A stretch of DNA of 64,000 nt from an uncultured delta proteobacterium (GTDB taxonomy: Bacteria > Myxococcota > Kuafuiibacteriia > Kuafuiibacteriales > Kuafuiibacteriaceae): NCBI GenBank assembly GCA_963803435.1, contig CAWDML010000014.1, forward strand, positions 192,001-256,000. Direction: 5' to 3'. The notes under the pieces were generated by a model. It saw only the letters and a program-made list of their open reading frames with translations, made no database searches and had not been told where the DNA came from. Position 1 is the first letter of the stretch, and each line of letters begins with the position of its first letter. A program made the position numbers and the translations under genes. This document shows, piece by piece, positions 19,338 through 29,754 of the stretch.

Positions 19338-19892
19338 ATGGACGACGCCCGATCGTTGATGGGCGCACACCCGGACCCGCCCGTCCGATCGCTCCCGGCT
19401 CGCGTGGTCCGGCGCATCGGTCGCGAGATCGTCTGGTTCTTCGTCGTCCTCATGGAGGCCGGCCACCGCTTCGGCCGAGTGCTGCTCGGGACCGAGTATC
19501 GGGTCACCGGCGCCTGCCAGAAGCGCGGCGCCTGCTGCCACCACATCCTGCTCGAGTGGTCCGGCTGGCTCGATCGCTTCCCGCTCCTGGGACGGATCGT
19601 GCTCTGGAAGCTCACCCGCTTCTACGACTTCTACGACCGCGGCTACTCGTGGGAGGTGCAGGACGGTCTGCTGGCCCGCGTGCTCGGCTGCCATGCGCTG
19701 CTCCCCGACGGGCGCTGCGGCGTGTATCGCCTGCGCCCGATGGTCTGCCGCACCTATCCGGAGGTACCGCTCATGGGCCGGCCGATGGTCCTCAAGGGCT
19801 GCGGCTACACGTTCGAGCGCCGCGACGGCAAGGCGGAGGATCCAGAGTTGGTGCAGATCGGGAAGCCGACCCGGCTCACCCGTTCTTCTTGA
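19338..19892 (+). CDS. YkgJ-family cysteine-cluster protein
   Basis: CQKRGACC ... GC...GRCGVYRLRPMVCRTYP. Confidence 0.8.
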   Translation: MDDARSLMGAHPDPPVRSLPARVVRRIGREIVWFFVVLMEAGHRFGRVLLGTEYRVTGACQKRGACCHHILLEWSGWLDRFPLLGRIVLWKLTRFYDFYDRGYSWEVQDGLLARVLGCHALLPDGRCGVYRLRPMVCRTYPEVPLMGRPMVLKGCGYTFERRDGKAEDPELVQIGKPTRLTRSS

Positions 19893-20850
19893 GCAGCTCG
19901 AGGAGCGGATCGCCGCCCTTCTTCGCCGGTGGAGGCGGCGGCGGTGTCGACGGACCCTTGCTGTGGTCCGGCGCCCGCTCGCCCGGGAGATGGATCGTGT
20001 TCTTGTCGGCGAAGCCGTCGCGCCAGGCGTCGCCGTCGAGGCCCGGGCGCATCGCGGTGATCTTCTGGTGGATCTCCAGGACGACCGGCCCGTCACGAAC
20101 GTTGCTCACGCGGCTCACCATCTTCGACGGTCGCTCCACGTAGAACTCCGAGACCACCGAGTCCGTGTCGGAGACCAGCGGCGACATCCGGATGACGGCC
20201 CCGTCGATCTCGTAGGCGCCGAACATCACCTGACCCTCGAGCGCAGCGCAGGTGGTCATGAATCGGAAGCGCTTGTTCGGCGAGAGCTCCCAGACGGAGT
20301 ACGAGAAGCGGCACGTCTCCAGCGCAGCCAGCGCGGCGATGCTATTGCCGCCCTCCAGCGCGTCGACCTGCGGGATGCCTTCGGCGGCGATGGTGAGGCC
20401 CTCGTCCGAGAGGTGCCGGAAGGCCGGGATGTTCGGGGTCTCGTCGATCGCGGTGGAGATGACGCCGGGCGGCGGCGGCGGCGGCACCACGGCCTGCTGA
20501 TCCGGATCCGCCGGCGGCGGCGGCGCAACGGCCGGCGGGTCGTCCTCGACCAGGAGGTTCACCACCGCGAAGGCGCCGCCCCCCAGCCCGAGGAACAGCA
20601 GCACCACCAGCTGGAGCGCGCGCCGTTCGGCCCTCCGATCGCGCTCTCGACGCGTGCGGCGCCGGGAGGACTCGGCGAGCTCCGTCGAGGTCCGGGGGGG
20701 CGGATCGGGCTCGTCGTGGATCGTGAGCAAAACGCCGGCCTCGCGCTCGCGGCGCGCGCGGACTCTCAGCGTGTGCTCGTCGGGCGGCACCGACTCTCCC
20801 GCGACGACCGGCTGGGCCGGGTCGGTGGGATCGTGGTCCCCGCCGCTCAC
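19876..20850 (-). CDS. Single-pass membrane hypothetical protein
   Basis: Charged N-terminus, one TM, Pro-rich linkers; GTGA overlap with lgt. Confidence 0.7.
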   Translation of the reverse strand: MSGGDHDPTDPAQPVVAGESVPPDEHTLRVRARREREAGVLLTIHDEPDPPPRTSTELAESSRRRTRRERDRRAERRALQLVVLLFLGLGGGAFAVVNLLVEDDPPAVAPPPPADPDQQAVVPPPPPPGVISTAIDETPNIPAFRHLSDEGLTIAAEGIPQVDALEGGNSIAALAALETCRFSYSVWELSPNKRFRFMTTCAALEGQVMFGAYEIDGAVIRMSPLVSDTDSVVSEFYVERPSKMVSRVSNVRDGPVVLEIHQKITAMRPGLDGDAWRDGFADKNTIHLPGERAPDHSKGPSTPPPPPPAKKGGDPLLELLKKNG

Positions 20851-21692
20851 GCCTCCGATGCTACCAGACTCTGCTCGCCGCTGGACTTCTTCTTCTTCGA
20901 GAGCCGGAGGTACAACAGGAGGCCGATCACGAACAGCGGTACCGAGAGGACCTGGGACGTGGAGAACGGCCCGAAGGTTCCGCGCTCCGGATCACCGCGG
21001 AAGATCTCGGTGATCCCGCGGAGCACGGGATAGCTCATCAAGAGGATCGCGATGTTCTCGCCGTCGAAGCGGCGCCGCCCGAAGCGCCACATGAGGAGGG
21101 CGCCCAGCACCACCGCGATGGTCGCGTCGTAGAGCTGCGTCGGGTGCCGCGCCCCGGAGAGGCCGGGGAAGTGGACGCCCCAGGGCAGGCTGGTCTCGAC
21201 GCCGTAGCAGCACCCGGCCATGAAGCAGCCGACCCGGCCGACGGCCGCGCCCACCATGATCGCAGGGGCGAAGGCGTCGGCGTAGAGCCACGCGTTCAGG
21301 TGGGGCCGGCGACGAAAGTAGTACACGGCGATCAAGAGCGCGCCGATCATCCCGCCGTACCAGACGTAGCCCGGCTCGCCGAGACGCGCCCAGTGCAGCG
21401 GGTCGGCCTTGAGCAGCTCCCACAGCGAGTTGATCGCGTGGCCCTGCTCGTCCTTGTGACCGGGCGCCTCGAAGAGCACGTGCCCGATCTTCGAGCCGAG
21501 GATGGAGCTGATCACCATGACGATGAACAGGTCCCAGACCTGAGGGCGATTGAGCGAGCTTCGATCCTCCTCGGGCGCCTTCTTCGGCGCCAGCTTGAAG
21601 AGCACGCCCAGCGCGAACAGATAGCCGAGCACCATCATCACGGCGTAGCTCGGGACGCCGTAGTCGAAGATGCGGACGAGGATCGGCTTCAC
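20847..21692 (-). CDS. lgt: Prolipoprotein diacylglyceryl transferase
   Basis: WYGGMIGA, GRVGCFMAGCCYG, PWGVHFP, RHPTQLY, EIFRGD, STSQ. Confidence 0.93.
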   Translation of the reverse strand: MKPILVRIFDYGVPSYAVMMVLGYLFALGVLFKLAPKKAPEEDRSSLNRPQVWDLFIVMVISSILGSKIGHVLFEAPGHKDEQGHAINSLWELLKADPLHWARLGEPGYVWYGGMIGALLIAVYYFRRRPHLNAWLYADAFAPAIMVGAAVGRVGCFMAGCCYGVETSLPWGVHFPGLSGARHPTQLYDATIAVVLGALLMWRFGRRRFDGENIAILLMSYPVLRGITEIFRGDPERGTFGPFSTSQVLSVPLFVIGLLLYLRLSKKKKSSGEQSLVASEA

Positions 21693-24600
21693 CGGGGAGA
21701 AAGCATGTCCGCCGAGGCCTCGTTCTGCAAGCCGGATGCGCCGCCCGGCACCCGATCCGCCGCGATCACCCGGCCTTCGAGGAACCGGAGCTCATCCTCG
21801 ACCCGGGCCTGCCCGATCAGGTCGTCGAGGACGGCGCTGATGGAGAAGTTGCGGATCGTCTCGTTGACCGTCTTGATCACGTAGCCGCCCGCGGTCGGGA
21901 TCAGCGCCCAGCGCGCCACCACCAGGACCCCGTCGAGCAGCTTCAGCCAGAACGTCTCCTGGTTGAGGCTCATGTGCACCCAGAGCCGCTCCCAGTCGAA
22001 GTTGACGGTGAGGAGATTGTTCGAGATCGAGACCTTGCCGCTCTGAGGACGGACGCCCACGTACTGGGCCATCTCGAGCGCATCGAGGGCGCGGCTGTCA
22101 GAGAGGCGGAGGGCGGCGAAGACTCTGCGCACCAGCGGCAGGCTCAGCTTCGTGACGTCGACCCGCGCGTTCACCGCTCGCTGCTTGAGCGCAAACTCGA
22201 GATCCATCTGGCCCGAGATCCGGAAGTCCTCCTTCTCCTTCGGATCGCTGACAGGCTCGATCCCGTTGGCCATCGCGTACGGGATGTCCATGTTGAGATC
22301 CGTGATCGTGCCGCGCAGCCGCATCCGCACGTTCTGATCGGAGGTGAACTGCACCGCCAAATCGCCGAGCAGATCGCCCTCCCAGAGGCGGCAGGCCAGG
22401 CGATCGACGCGGAGCACGCCCGACGACCACAAGCCCTCCAGCGTCACGTCCTCGAGCGCGTGCTGCTTGTACACGACGCCCTCGATGGTCAGGCGCGCGC
22501 CGCTCTCGGCATAGAAGGGACGGAGCGACTGATAGTCGGCGCTGCGCGGCGCCTCCACCAGGATGTCCTCGGTCTGGAGCAGCGCCTTGCCGTTGCCGAG
22601 GTCCGCGAGCAGCTCGAGCGCGCGCGCCTCGAAGTCGTCGCCGAGCGCGCCGACCGACCGCGCCACGGTGTCGTCGAGCGCCGGCGCGGGGAGCAGCAGG
22701 CGCTGCGTGAGCGGGATGCGGCCCGACGCGTTGAGGACGGTGAGCACCTTCGGCACCTCCCAGGAGAACCGATCGGTCTCGAGCCGACCTTCGACGTCGA
22801 CGATCCGGTCTGACTTGCTTCGGACCTCCAGCGCCAGCGCGGCCTTCCCGCTGCCCCCCGACAGCTGGGGCAACAGGTGGCGCAGGCAATCGAGGTCGAG
22901 GTGCGCGCTCAGGGAGAGGTCCGGCCGCAGCACGCCGAACGAGCGGCGGCGCAGTCGACCGCTCACGAGCAGCTCGACCCCGTTGCCCGGCGCATGGACC
23001 GCGAACCGGGAGACGTCGAGGTCGCCGTGCAGCGGATAGGTCAGGTCGAGGTCGATGGCCGCGCCCTCGACCGCGCCCTCGCCGCCGTAGGCCGACCTCA
23101 CCGAAGCCGCCCGGATGTGCGAGGCCACCGACCACACGTCCTCCTGGAGCCGGACATGATTGCGGACCGTGAGCTTCTCGACGCGGCTCTGGAGCGGTGC
23201 GCGGCCCTCCTCGATCTCGGCCGCATCGAGCTCGGTCTGGGTCTCGACCTTGCCGTCGCCGACGTCGGCGACGATCGTGCCGCTCAGCCCGGACAGCCGG
23301 ATCGATCGCCGCCGGCTCGAAGCGCCGACCCCATCCAGCACGACGCGGACTCGCCCGGTGATCGGCTGGCGGACCAGCGAGGTCTCCTCGAACCGCTGGG
23401 GGACCACGCCCTTGGCGATCACCGAGAGCTGGACCTTCCCGTCGGCCCGCAGGTCGGGGATCTCGGCGATCAGGCCGCGCGGGAGCTTCTTCGCCAGGGC
23501 GTCCAGGTGGACCGGCCCGACGCTGAGCTCGCCGTCGACGTACGGCGCAGCGCCGTAGAGGCGCGACGCCCTCCCCTTCATGCCGACGGTCAAGACGTCC
23601 TCGATCGCGAGCGAGAGCTTGTCGACGTTCACGGTGGCCGTGATCGGATCGGCGCTCAGGGACGTCTCGAACGCGATCGGCGTGGCGACGTCTCCCAGCT
23701 TGCGATCGCTCAGCGCCACCGAGGGCGCGGTCACCGAGAGCCGCAGGGCCACCCGCTTCGGCATCATCGGCGGCACCGCGCCGGGAAAGCGCGGGACCTC
23801 GCGGGCGCGCACGTCTTCGGCCGCCAGCGTCAAGCGGACCGCGGCGTCCTCGACCCGGGCCGGTGCTGCGATCGCACGCTTCACCTTCAGCAAGACCCGC
23901 GCGTCGGCGTCGAAGTGTCCGTCGCGCGGATCGCCGAGCCGGGCGTCGACATCGACCGAGGCCCGCTCGATCGATCGGCTCCCGAGCCTCGCGCGTCCCA
24001 CGGAGAGGGCGAGGCCGGCCTGGATCGGGGTCGTCGCCGGCGCGATCAGGCGATCGAGCGCGGCGTCGAGCGCCACCTTCACACCGCCCAGATCGAGCGT
24101 GGAGGTGGCCGTGCCCGCGATCCGCGCCGACCCCACCGAAGCGCCGACGCGCACGCGGATGGGTGCGCCGGCACGCGCGTCGTCCAGCGGATCGACGCCG
24201 CTGAGTCCGACGTCGATCGAGGCCGAGGGCACGCGCGCCGGCGGGAGCGCAGCGCCGGTGATCGCCACCGCCGCGTGCATCTCGGTCGGACCCGTCGAGG
24301 GGTACCGCAGGGCCTCGGCGGACGCCGACAGATCGATCACGGCGCGCTCGATCCGGTTGCGCGCCTGTCGGACCCCGGCGAGCTCGAGACGCCCCTCGAG
24401 CGCGTAGTCGCCCTGCTCGCGCCGCTTCGCGGAGAGCGCTCCGCCCAGGTCGCCGAGGGCCAACTTCGCCGAGGGGAGCTCGCACCGGACCCCGTCGAAG
24501 GAGAGGCCCACGCTCAGCTCCGCGGGCGTTCCGGCGACCACCTGGCCCGGCGTGCCGGCCACCTCGAAGCGCGCCACCGTGACGGTGCCGCCCATCCTCA

Positions 24601-25693
24601 GCTCCGGGAGGACGAGCCGAGCCCAGGGCTCGAGGCGGTCGAGCGGCGCCGAGGCCTGGTCGATCTTCACGCGGACGGTCCCGGCGCTCCGGTTCGCCAC
24701 CAGGCCCACGGCGGGTCCGAGCGCGGCGGCCAGCTCGGCGCCGAACAGGGCCGAGAGGCCGTCGAGGTTCGCGCTGGCCGAGAGGAGCGTCTGGTCGTCC
24801 AGCTTCACGACGGCCTGCCCGACCTTCGCCTGATCCCGCCCGGGCCGAAGCGACAGATCGAGCGCGAGCGACAGCGTCGCCGGATCCAGCGCGGTCCCCT
24901 CCCACGAAGCGGTGACGAGGTTCTCGGCTTCGAGGTGCACGTCGCCCTCCTCGAGCGCGAGGCCGTGCGCGGTCGAGCCGGCGGCGCGCACCTGGAGCAG
25001 GAGCCGGGCGCGGGCACCGACCGTGTTCTCCGCGAGCGTGGCCGTGACGTTGTCGGCGCCGTCGGGGACGAGGGAGAGATCGAGCGCCGCCTCGAGGCGC
25101 GAGCGTCCCAGGTGTCCGTGAAGCGCGAGCTTGGCCCCGGCGAGCGTCGCGTTCGGGCCCTCACCGGCGATCCGCACCGTCACCGGTCCGATCTCGAGCG
25201 CCTCGAGATCCACGTCGATCGGCGTGAGCGGTCCTGACTCCGCGTCGAGCGCGCGGGACTCCGGCTCACCCGAGCCGAGGCGCGCCAGGATCACGTCGAG
25301 GTTTCGCACTCCGTCGTGCGTCTCGAGCGTGATCACCGGCGCGACCACGCGGATCGACTCGACGACGACGCGACGCCCGAAGATCCCGCCGAGACGATAG
25401 TCCACACCTGCGTGCTCGATCGTCAGCACGTCCTCGCTGAAGCCCGGAGGCGGACCGATCACCACCCGATCGATCGACACGCCGCTGAAGGGCCGATACT
25501 CGACGTGGCCGATCTGCACGGGTACGCCCAGAAGCTCCGTGAGAGCGCTCACCGCCTCGCTCCGGATGCGCTCCCCGGTCACGATGTATGGCGACAAGGC
25601 GACGAGCAGGACGGCCGCCACCAGGAGCAGGGGAAAGATCGCCAGCGCCCACCACCCCCGGCGGCGTTTCCTCGGCTCGCCTGTCCCCGTCAT
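21689..25693 (-). CDS. Large AsmA/TamB-like membrane-anchored beta-rich protein
   Basis: RRRR-TM anchor; AsmA-like N-terminus (LGVPVQIG...NLDVIL); about 1300 aa of alternating beta-strands. Confidence 0.65.
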   Translation of the reverse strand: MTGTGEPRKRRRGWWALAIFPLLLVAAVLLVALSPYIVTGERIRSEAVSALTELLGVPVQIGHVEYRPFSGVSIDRVVIGPPPGFSEDVLTIEHAGVDYRLGGIFGRRVVVESIRVVAPVITLETHDGVRNLDVILARLGSGEPESRALDAESGPLTPIDVDLEALEIGPVTVRIAGEGPNATLAGAKLALHGHLGRSRLEAALDLSLVPDGADNVTATLAENTVGARARLLLQVRAAGSTAHGLALEEGDVHLEAENLVTASWEGTALDPATLSLALDLSLRPGRDQAKVGQAVVKLDDQTLLSASANLDGLSALFGAELAAALGPAVGLVANRSAGTVRVKIDQASAPLDRLEPWARLVLPELRMGGTVTVARFEVAGTPGQVVAGTPAELSVGLSFDGVRCELPSAKLALGDLGGALSAKRREQGDYALEGRLELAGVRQARNRIERAVIDLSASAEALRYPSTGPTEMHAAVAITGAALPPARVPSASIDVGLSGVDPLDDARAGAPIRVRVGASVGSARIAGTATSTLDLGGVKVALDAALDRLIAPATTPIQAGLALSVGRARLGSRSIERASVDVDARLGDPRDGHFDADARVLLKVKRAIAAPARVEDAAVRLTLAAEDVRAREVPRFPGAVPPMMPKRVALRLSVTAPSVALSDRKLGDVATPIAFETSLSADPITATVNVDKLSLAIEDVLTVGMKGRASRLYGAAPYVDGELSVGPVHLDALAKKLPRGLIAEIPDLRADGKVQLSVIAKGVVPQRFEETSLVRQPITGRVRVVLDGVGASSRRRSIRLSGLSGTIVADVGDGKVETQTELDAAEIEEGRAPLQSRVEKLTVRNHVRLQEDVWSVASHIRAASVRSAYGGEGAVEGAAIDLDLTYPLHGDLDVSRFAVHAPGNGVELLVSGRLRRRSFGVLRPDLSLSAHLDLDCLRHLLPQLSGGSGKAALALEVRSKSDRIVDVEGRLETDRFSWEVPKVLTVLNASGRIPLTQRLLLPAPALDDTVARSVGALGDDFEARALELLADLGNGKALLQTEDILVEAPRSADYQSLRPFYAESGARLTIEGVVYKQHALEDVTLEGLWSSGVLRVDRLACRLWEGDLLGDLAVQFTSDQNVRMRLRGTITDLNMDIPYAMANGIEPVSDPKEKEDFRISGQMDLEFALKQRAVNARVDVTKLSLPLVRRVFAALRLSDSRALDALEMAQYVGVRPQSGKVSISNNLLTVNFDWERLWVHMSLNQETFWLKLLDGVLVVARWALIPTAGGYVIKTVNETIRNFSISAVLDDLIGQARVEDELRFLEGRVIAADRVPGGASGLQNEASADMLSPR

Positions 25694-25721
25694 CGCCCGG
25701 CCTGGATATTACACTCGCCCC

Positions 25722-27503
25722 ATGTCAGGAGATGAACCCGTGCGGCTGCAAACTCACGTTCTTCCCACCCTGGCTCTCACGCTCGCGACCGCGGCCTGCA
25801 GCGGCGTCCTCGACGACAACGGCGACGGAGGCGACAAGGGGATGTGCCCCTCGGCACTCCCGGCCGCCGACATCGTCTGCACCGACTCGAGCTGCAACGT
25901 CACCACCGGGACCAAGACCTTCGCGCAAGCGGAGTTGACAGGCTCCCAGAGCCCCAGCTGGTTGGCGGTGACCTGGGTCAGCTCCGAGATCAACACGAAC
26001 GACAACATCAACGTCGACTACCAGAAGGCCACCGCCGGCGCCCTGACCGCCCGCCGCGCCGCCGTCCGGGAGCGCGCCCGCGATCGCCACACACCGGCCG
26101 AGCTGGCCGCCCTCTACGCGCCGCGCCTCGACGGCCGCGTCCAGGCCGAGTCCGCGCTCCGGGCCGAGTGGCCGAAGCGCCTCGATCCGAACCACCCGGT
26201 CGCCACGGGCATCCGCGGCCGCACCGCCGAGCTCCTGCCCGACGGCGTCCACCGCCAGGGCAACGCCTGCAGCCGCAGCAACCCCGTGTGCGGCGAGACC
26301 GCCGTCTGCCTGATCACGAACGGCGCCGGCGACGGCACCTGCGAGAGCGCGATGACGATCAAGCTGCGCGCCGGCGGTCAGAACGCCGACATCGCTGCGA
26401 GCGTGAAGAAGGTCGGCACCTACGCCGCGATCCTGGTCGACGACGCCGACACGGTCCCGGACAGCGCCGTCGACGAGCTGCTCCAGCGCTTCGACACGCA
26501 CATCGCGCCCACCGACCACATGTTCTTCGGCGAGCCGAAGACCGCGGAGGGCCAGGACTTCGACGGCAACGGGGTCGTGCTGGTGATGCTGACCTCGAAG
26601 GTCGGCGACATCTCGTCCGACCTGGTCGGCTTCTTCTACGCGCCCGACATGGAGGATCCGGCCCAGAACCCGGACAGCAACGGCGCCGACATGCTGTACA
26701 TGCGGCCGCCGGACGGCGCGATCTCGGTCGACGCCGTCAGCAGCACGCTCGGCCACGAGTACCAGCACCTGATCAACTTCCTCGCCAAGACCAGCCGCGG
26801 CTCCTCGCCCGAGGAGACGTGGCTCGACGAGGGCCTGGCGACCTTCGCCGAAGACGTCCTCGGCTATGGCGCCGACGACTACACCAACATCGCCCGTTAC
26901 CTCGACGCCGTCAGCGAGACCTCGCTGACCGGCTTCGGTCTCACCCACTCGAGTGAAGGCGACGCCGACAGCATCGAGCGCCGCGGGATGGCCTCGCTGT
27001 TCGTGCGCACGATCTTCGAGCGAAACGGCGGCGCCGACCTGGGCCTGGGCGCCGGCGAGCTCACCGACCACGGCGGCGTGGCCCAGGTGAAGAAGCTGGT
27101 CCAGACCCCGAGCACGGGCGTCGACGTGATCTCGCGGGCCAACACCGGCAAGAGCCTCCACGAGTGGCTGGGCATCCTGCTGACCACGGTGGCGCTCGAC
27201 GGCACCCGCTACCCGATGGTGAGCTGCAACCCCGCCGTCCAGTTTGCCGAGCCGAAGACCAGCGCCTACACGGGATTCCAAATCGGGATCGATCTTCGGT
27301 CGAGCTTCACCGACTTCTCGGGCGCCACCATCATGCTGCACGGACCGGCCACCGCCACGTTCGAGATGGAGTCCGTCCCCGTCCCCTCGAATGGCGGTGA
27401 GGTCCGCACCGTCCAAGCCGGGACCGGCACGGTCGACATCGGCGTCGGCGGCCCGGCGGAGGATTACCAGCTGGGACTGTCGGCGTTCCCGACCGCGCTG
27501 TGA
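25722..27503 (+). CDS. Zinc metallopeptidase lipoprotein (M30/hyicolysin-like)
   Basis: Lipobox TAAC; DFDGNG, VGFF, TLGHEYQHLIN, WLDEGLA. Alternative start GTG 25740 (AGGAG upstream). Confidence 0.82.
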   Translation: MSGDEPVRLQTHVLPTLALTLATAACSGVLDDNGDGGDKGMCPSALPAADIVCTDSSCNVTTGTKTFAQAELTGSQSPSWLAVTWVSSEINTNDNINVDYQKATAGALTARRAAVRERARDRHTPAELAALYAPRLDGRVQAESALRAEWPKRLDPNHPVATGIRGRTAELLPDGVHRQGNACSRSNPVCGETAVCLITNGAGDGTCESAMTIKLRAGGQNADIAASVKKVGTYAAILVDDADTVPDSAVDELLQRFDTHIAPTDHMFFGEPKTAEGQDFDGNGVVLVMLTSKVGDISSDLVGFFYAPDMEDPAQNPDSNGADMLYMRPPDGAISVDAVSSTLGHEYQHLINFLAKTSRGSSPEETWLDEGLATFAEDVLGYGADDYTNIARYLDAVSETSLTGFGLTHSSEGDADSIERRGMASLFVRTIFERNGGADLGLGAGELTDHGGVAQVKKLVQTPSTGVDVISRANTGKSLHEWLGILLTTVALDGTRYPMVSCNPAVQFAEPKTSAYTGFQIGIDLRSSFTDFSGATIMLHGPATATFEMESVPVPSNGGEVRTVQAGTGTVDIGVGGPAEDYQLGLSAFPTAL

Positions 27504-27509
27504 GGAGGA

Positions 27510-28046
27510 ATGATGTCGCTCGCCCCGCTCGCGCTCATGCTGGCGCTCGCCGCGCACAACCCCGGTCCCCGGCCGCAGCCGATCGAGCTCACCGGTGAGG
27601 TCAAGGAGGTCTCGGGCGGCGCCGGGACCTCGCGCGCGCTTTTGATCACCGAGGACGGCAGCGAGTACCAGCTGCACGGCGCCGCCGATCCGTCGGAGCG
27701 AGAGCTGGTCCGCCTCTCCGGGGCCAAGGTCCACGTCTTCGGGATGATCAACGACCCGCGGATCCCGCTGGGCAAGCACGTGATGGTCGGGCGCTACGAG
27801 ATCACGGACGTGGGCGGCGTCGTTCCCCGGATCGGCCACCTGGCAAAGCTCGAGATCGATCGCTCGACACGGTTGTTGTTCGTCGACGAGGCGGGCAACG
27901 CCGAGCTCCTCCCGGAGGGATGGGCGAAGAAGATGATGTCGCACGTGGGTGCGAAGATCTGGATGGTGGGATCGCGCGCTGGAAAGCACTTCCAGCCCCA
28001 GCGCTTCGCGATCCTCAAGGACCTCGAAGAGGGAGAGAAGCAATGA
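27510..28046 (+). CDS. Secreted hypothetical protein with two OB-like halves
   Basis: RBS GAGGAGG, signal peptide, ELTGEV...GSEYQL...GAKVHVFG pattern. Confidence 0.7.
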   Translation: MMSLAPLALMLALAAHNPGPRPQPIELTGEVKEVSGGAGTSRALLITEDGSEYQLHGAADPSERELVRLSGAKVHVFGMINDPRIPLGKHVMVGRYEITDVGGVVPRIGHLAKLEIDRSTRLLFVDEAGNAELLPEGWAKKMMSHVGAKIWMVGSRAGKHFQPQRFAILKDLEEGEKQ

Positions 28047-28750
28047 AGAAGGTGGTGCTCGGTCTGGTCGGTCTGATCTTCGCGGCCGCGCCGGCGTTCG
28101 CGCAGTCGCTGGTCGAGATGGAGGGCGGCAAGGCCAAGCCCGGCCTGGTCACGGCCTGGAGCGGCTCGGGCAAGAAGGTCGAGCTGACCGTGAAGGCGGG
28201 GACCGACGCCAAGCAGGTGGCGGAGTCGATCCAGTCCAACGTCGAGGGCGTGAAGAGCGCCAAGGTGGTCGGCGGCAAGGTCCAGGTGGTCGGCCTCGAT
28301 CAGGACGCGCTGCTCAAGGCCCTTGCGCTGGTCACGCTCGGCGACGACGACGTGGGCGCCCTCGCCATGGCCGGCCGCGACGAGGACGACGGCGGCTCCG
28401 GCTCGTCGCTCCGCGCCAAGAAGACGGCGCATGTGAACGAGATGTTCAAGGACCGCGCGACCGTCGCCAAGGGCACGGTGGTCTCGGTCGGCGGGGACAA
28501 GTTCCCGAGCACCGTGATCAAGGTGAAGATCATCGCCGGCCCCACCGGCCCCTCCGGCAAGCAGGTCCGCAAGGGCGCGACGATCGCGTTCACGCCGGTG
28601 ATCGCGATGAAGGCCGGCGCGCCCGATCTCGCCGACGAGAACACGCAAGTGAACGTGGGCGCCTGGTATCTCAAGCCGAAGGACAGCGTGCAGGTGAAGG
28701 TCGGCAAGGAGATCAAGGGCGGCTACGAAGCCGTGGTGATCAGCCGCTAG
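28043..28750 (+). CDS. Secreted hypothetical protein, paralog 1
   Basis: ATGA overlap; signal peptide MKKVVLGLVGLIFAAAPAFA; shares DDxGSGSSxRA and NVGAWY with the next gene. Confidence 0.8.
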   Translation: MKKVVLGLVGLIFAAAPAFAQSLVEMEGGKAKPGLVTAWSGSGKKVELTVKAGTDAKQVAESIQSNVEGVKSAKVVGGKVQVVGLDQDALLKALALVTLGDDDVGALAMAGRDEDDGGSGSSLRAKKTAHVNEMFKDRATVAKGTVVSVGGDKFPSTVIKVKIIAGPTGPSGKQVRKGATIAFTPVIAMKAGAPDLADENTQVNVGAWYLKPKDSVQVKVGKEIKGGYEAVVISR

Positions 28751-28775
28751 CGAACGACCAGGAAGAGGTGAAGCT

Positions 28776-29498
28776 GTGGGTTTCTTCGAGAAGACAATCA
28801 TCCTCGCTGCGCTGGCGACAGCGCCGCTCTCGGCCCGCGCCGATCCCGTGGTGAAGAACGGTGGCGTCCCGGGCGCCGCCACCTCCTGGACCTCCAGGAA
28901 GGACGCCGTGGTCCTCGAGATCGGCGACAGCTACGACGCCAACGAGATCGCCGACGCCATCTCGGCGAAGGTGCCGGGCGCCAGCGCGAAGGCGCGCGGC
29001 AACTCGGTCATCGTCACCGGCGTGCCCGAGGCCAAGCTGCTCAGCGCGCTCACCGGGATCGACGTGCGGCCCTCCGTGGACGACATCGACGAGATGCTGA
29101 CCTCGCTCCAGAAGCCCGGCGGCGACGACGAGGGCTCGGGCTCCTCGATCCGCGCCACCCAGGTCGCCGACTTCTCCGACGTCCTCGGCGACTCGGGCGC
29201 GCTGATCGGCGCCAAGGTCCTCAGCGTCGAGCACCACCGCTTCCCTGTGGTGATCCTGAAGGTGCAGGTCACGGCCGTGCCCAAGGGCGTGAAGACCGTG
29301 AAGAAGGGCCAGAAGATCGCGCTGATCCCGCGAGTGAAGTCGCGCGACGGCGTCATCGATCCGAACGACAAGGCCTCCAAGCTCAACGTGGGCGCCTGGT
29401 ACGCGGTCAAGGGCGACGTCGTGCGTGTGCGCCTCGAAGGTGACAAGCCCCAGCGCGACGCCATCTGGGTGGCGGCCGCGTTCCAGCGGATGAAGTGA
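28776..29498 (+). CDS. Secreted hypothetical protein, paralog 2
   Basis: Signal peptide ending ARA; DDEGSGSSIRA, FPVVILKV, NVGAWY. Confidence 0.8.
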   Translation: MGFFEKTIILAALATAPLSARADPVVKNGGVPGAATSWTSRKDAVVLEIGDSYDANEIADAISAKVPGASAKARGNSVIVTGVPEAKLLSALTGIDVRPSVDDIDEMLTSLQKPGGDDEGSGSSIRATQVADFSDVLGDSGALIGAKVLSVEHHRFPVVILKVQVTAVPKGVKTVKKGQKIALIPRVKSRDGVIDPNDKASKLNVGAWYAVKGDVVRVRLEGDKPQRDAIWVAAAFQRMK

Positions 29499-29499
29499 G

Positions 29500-29710
29500 C
29501 CTTCTGGGATCACCTAGCGCGCGGACCTCGAGCCTCGACTTCGCCGCCATCGAACGTTGCGGCCACTGGTCGGTCCATTCGACGGGAACCGACATGCTGC
29601 TGCCGTTGGGAAGGCGGACGACGATCGTGTTCCGCCCATGCCAGCTCTCACGCCGAACGATCCCCAGCGTCTGCCCCGCCAGCGGATGAATCGGATGCGT
29701 GATGACGACC
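29500..29710 (-). pseudogene. DUF5372-like fragment (mobile-element associated)
   Basis: VVITHPIHPLAGQ...PNGSSMSVPVEWTD motif; no start codon; runs into the convergent gene. Confidence 0.6.
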
Positions 29711-29754
29711 GATTCCGACCCCAGAGTGATCTTTGACGGGGTCTTTCGAGATGA

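Noticed and set aside
22098-25237. Very long alternative-frame and antisense ORFs (935 aa, 786 aa), and similar ones across the window
   Set aside because: Expected in high-GC DNA where stops are rare; R/G/A/P-rich with no motifs and overlapping well-supported genes.
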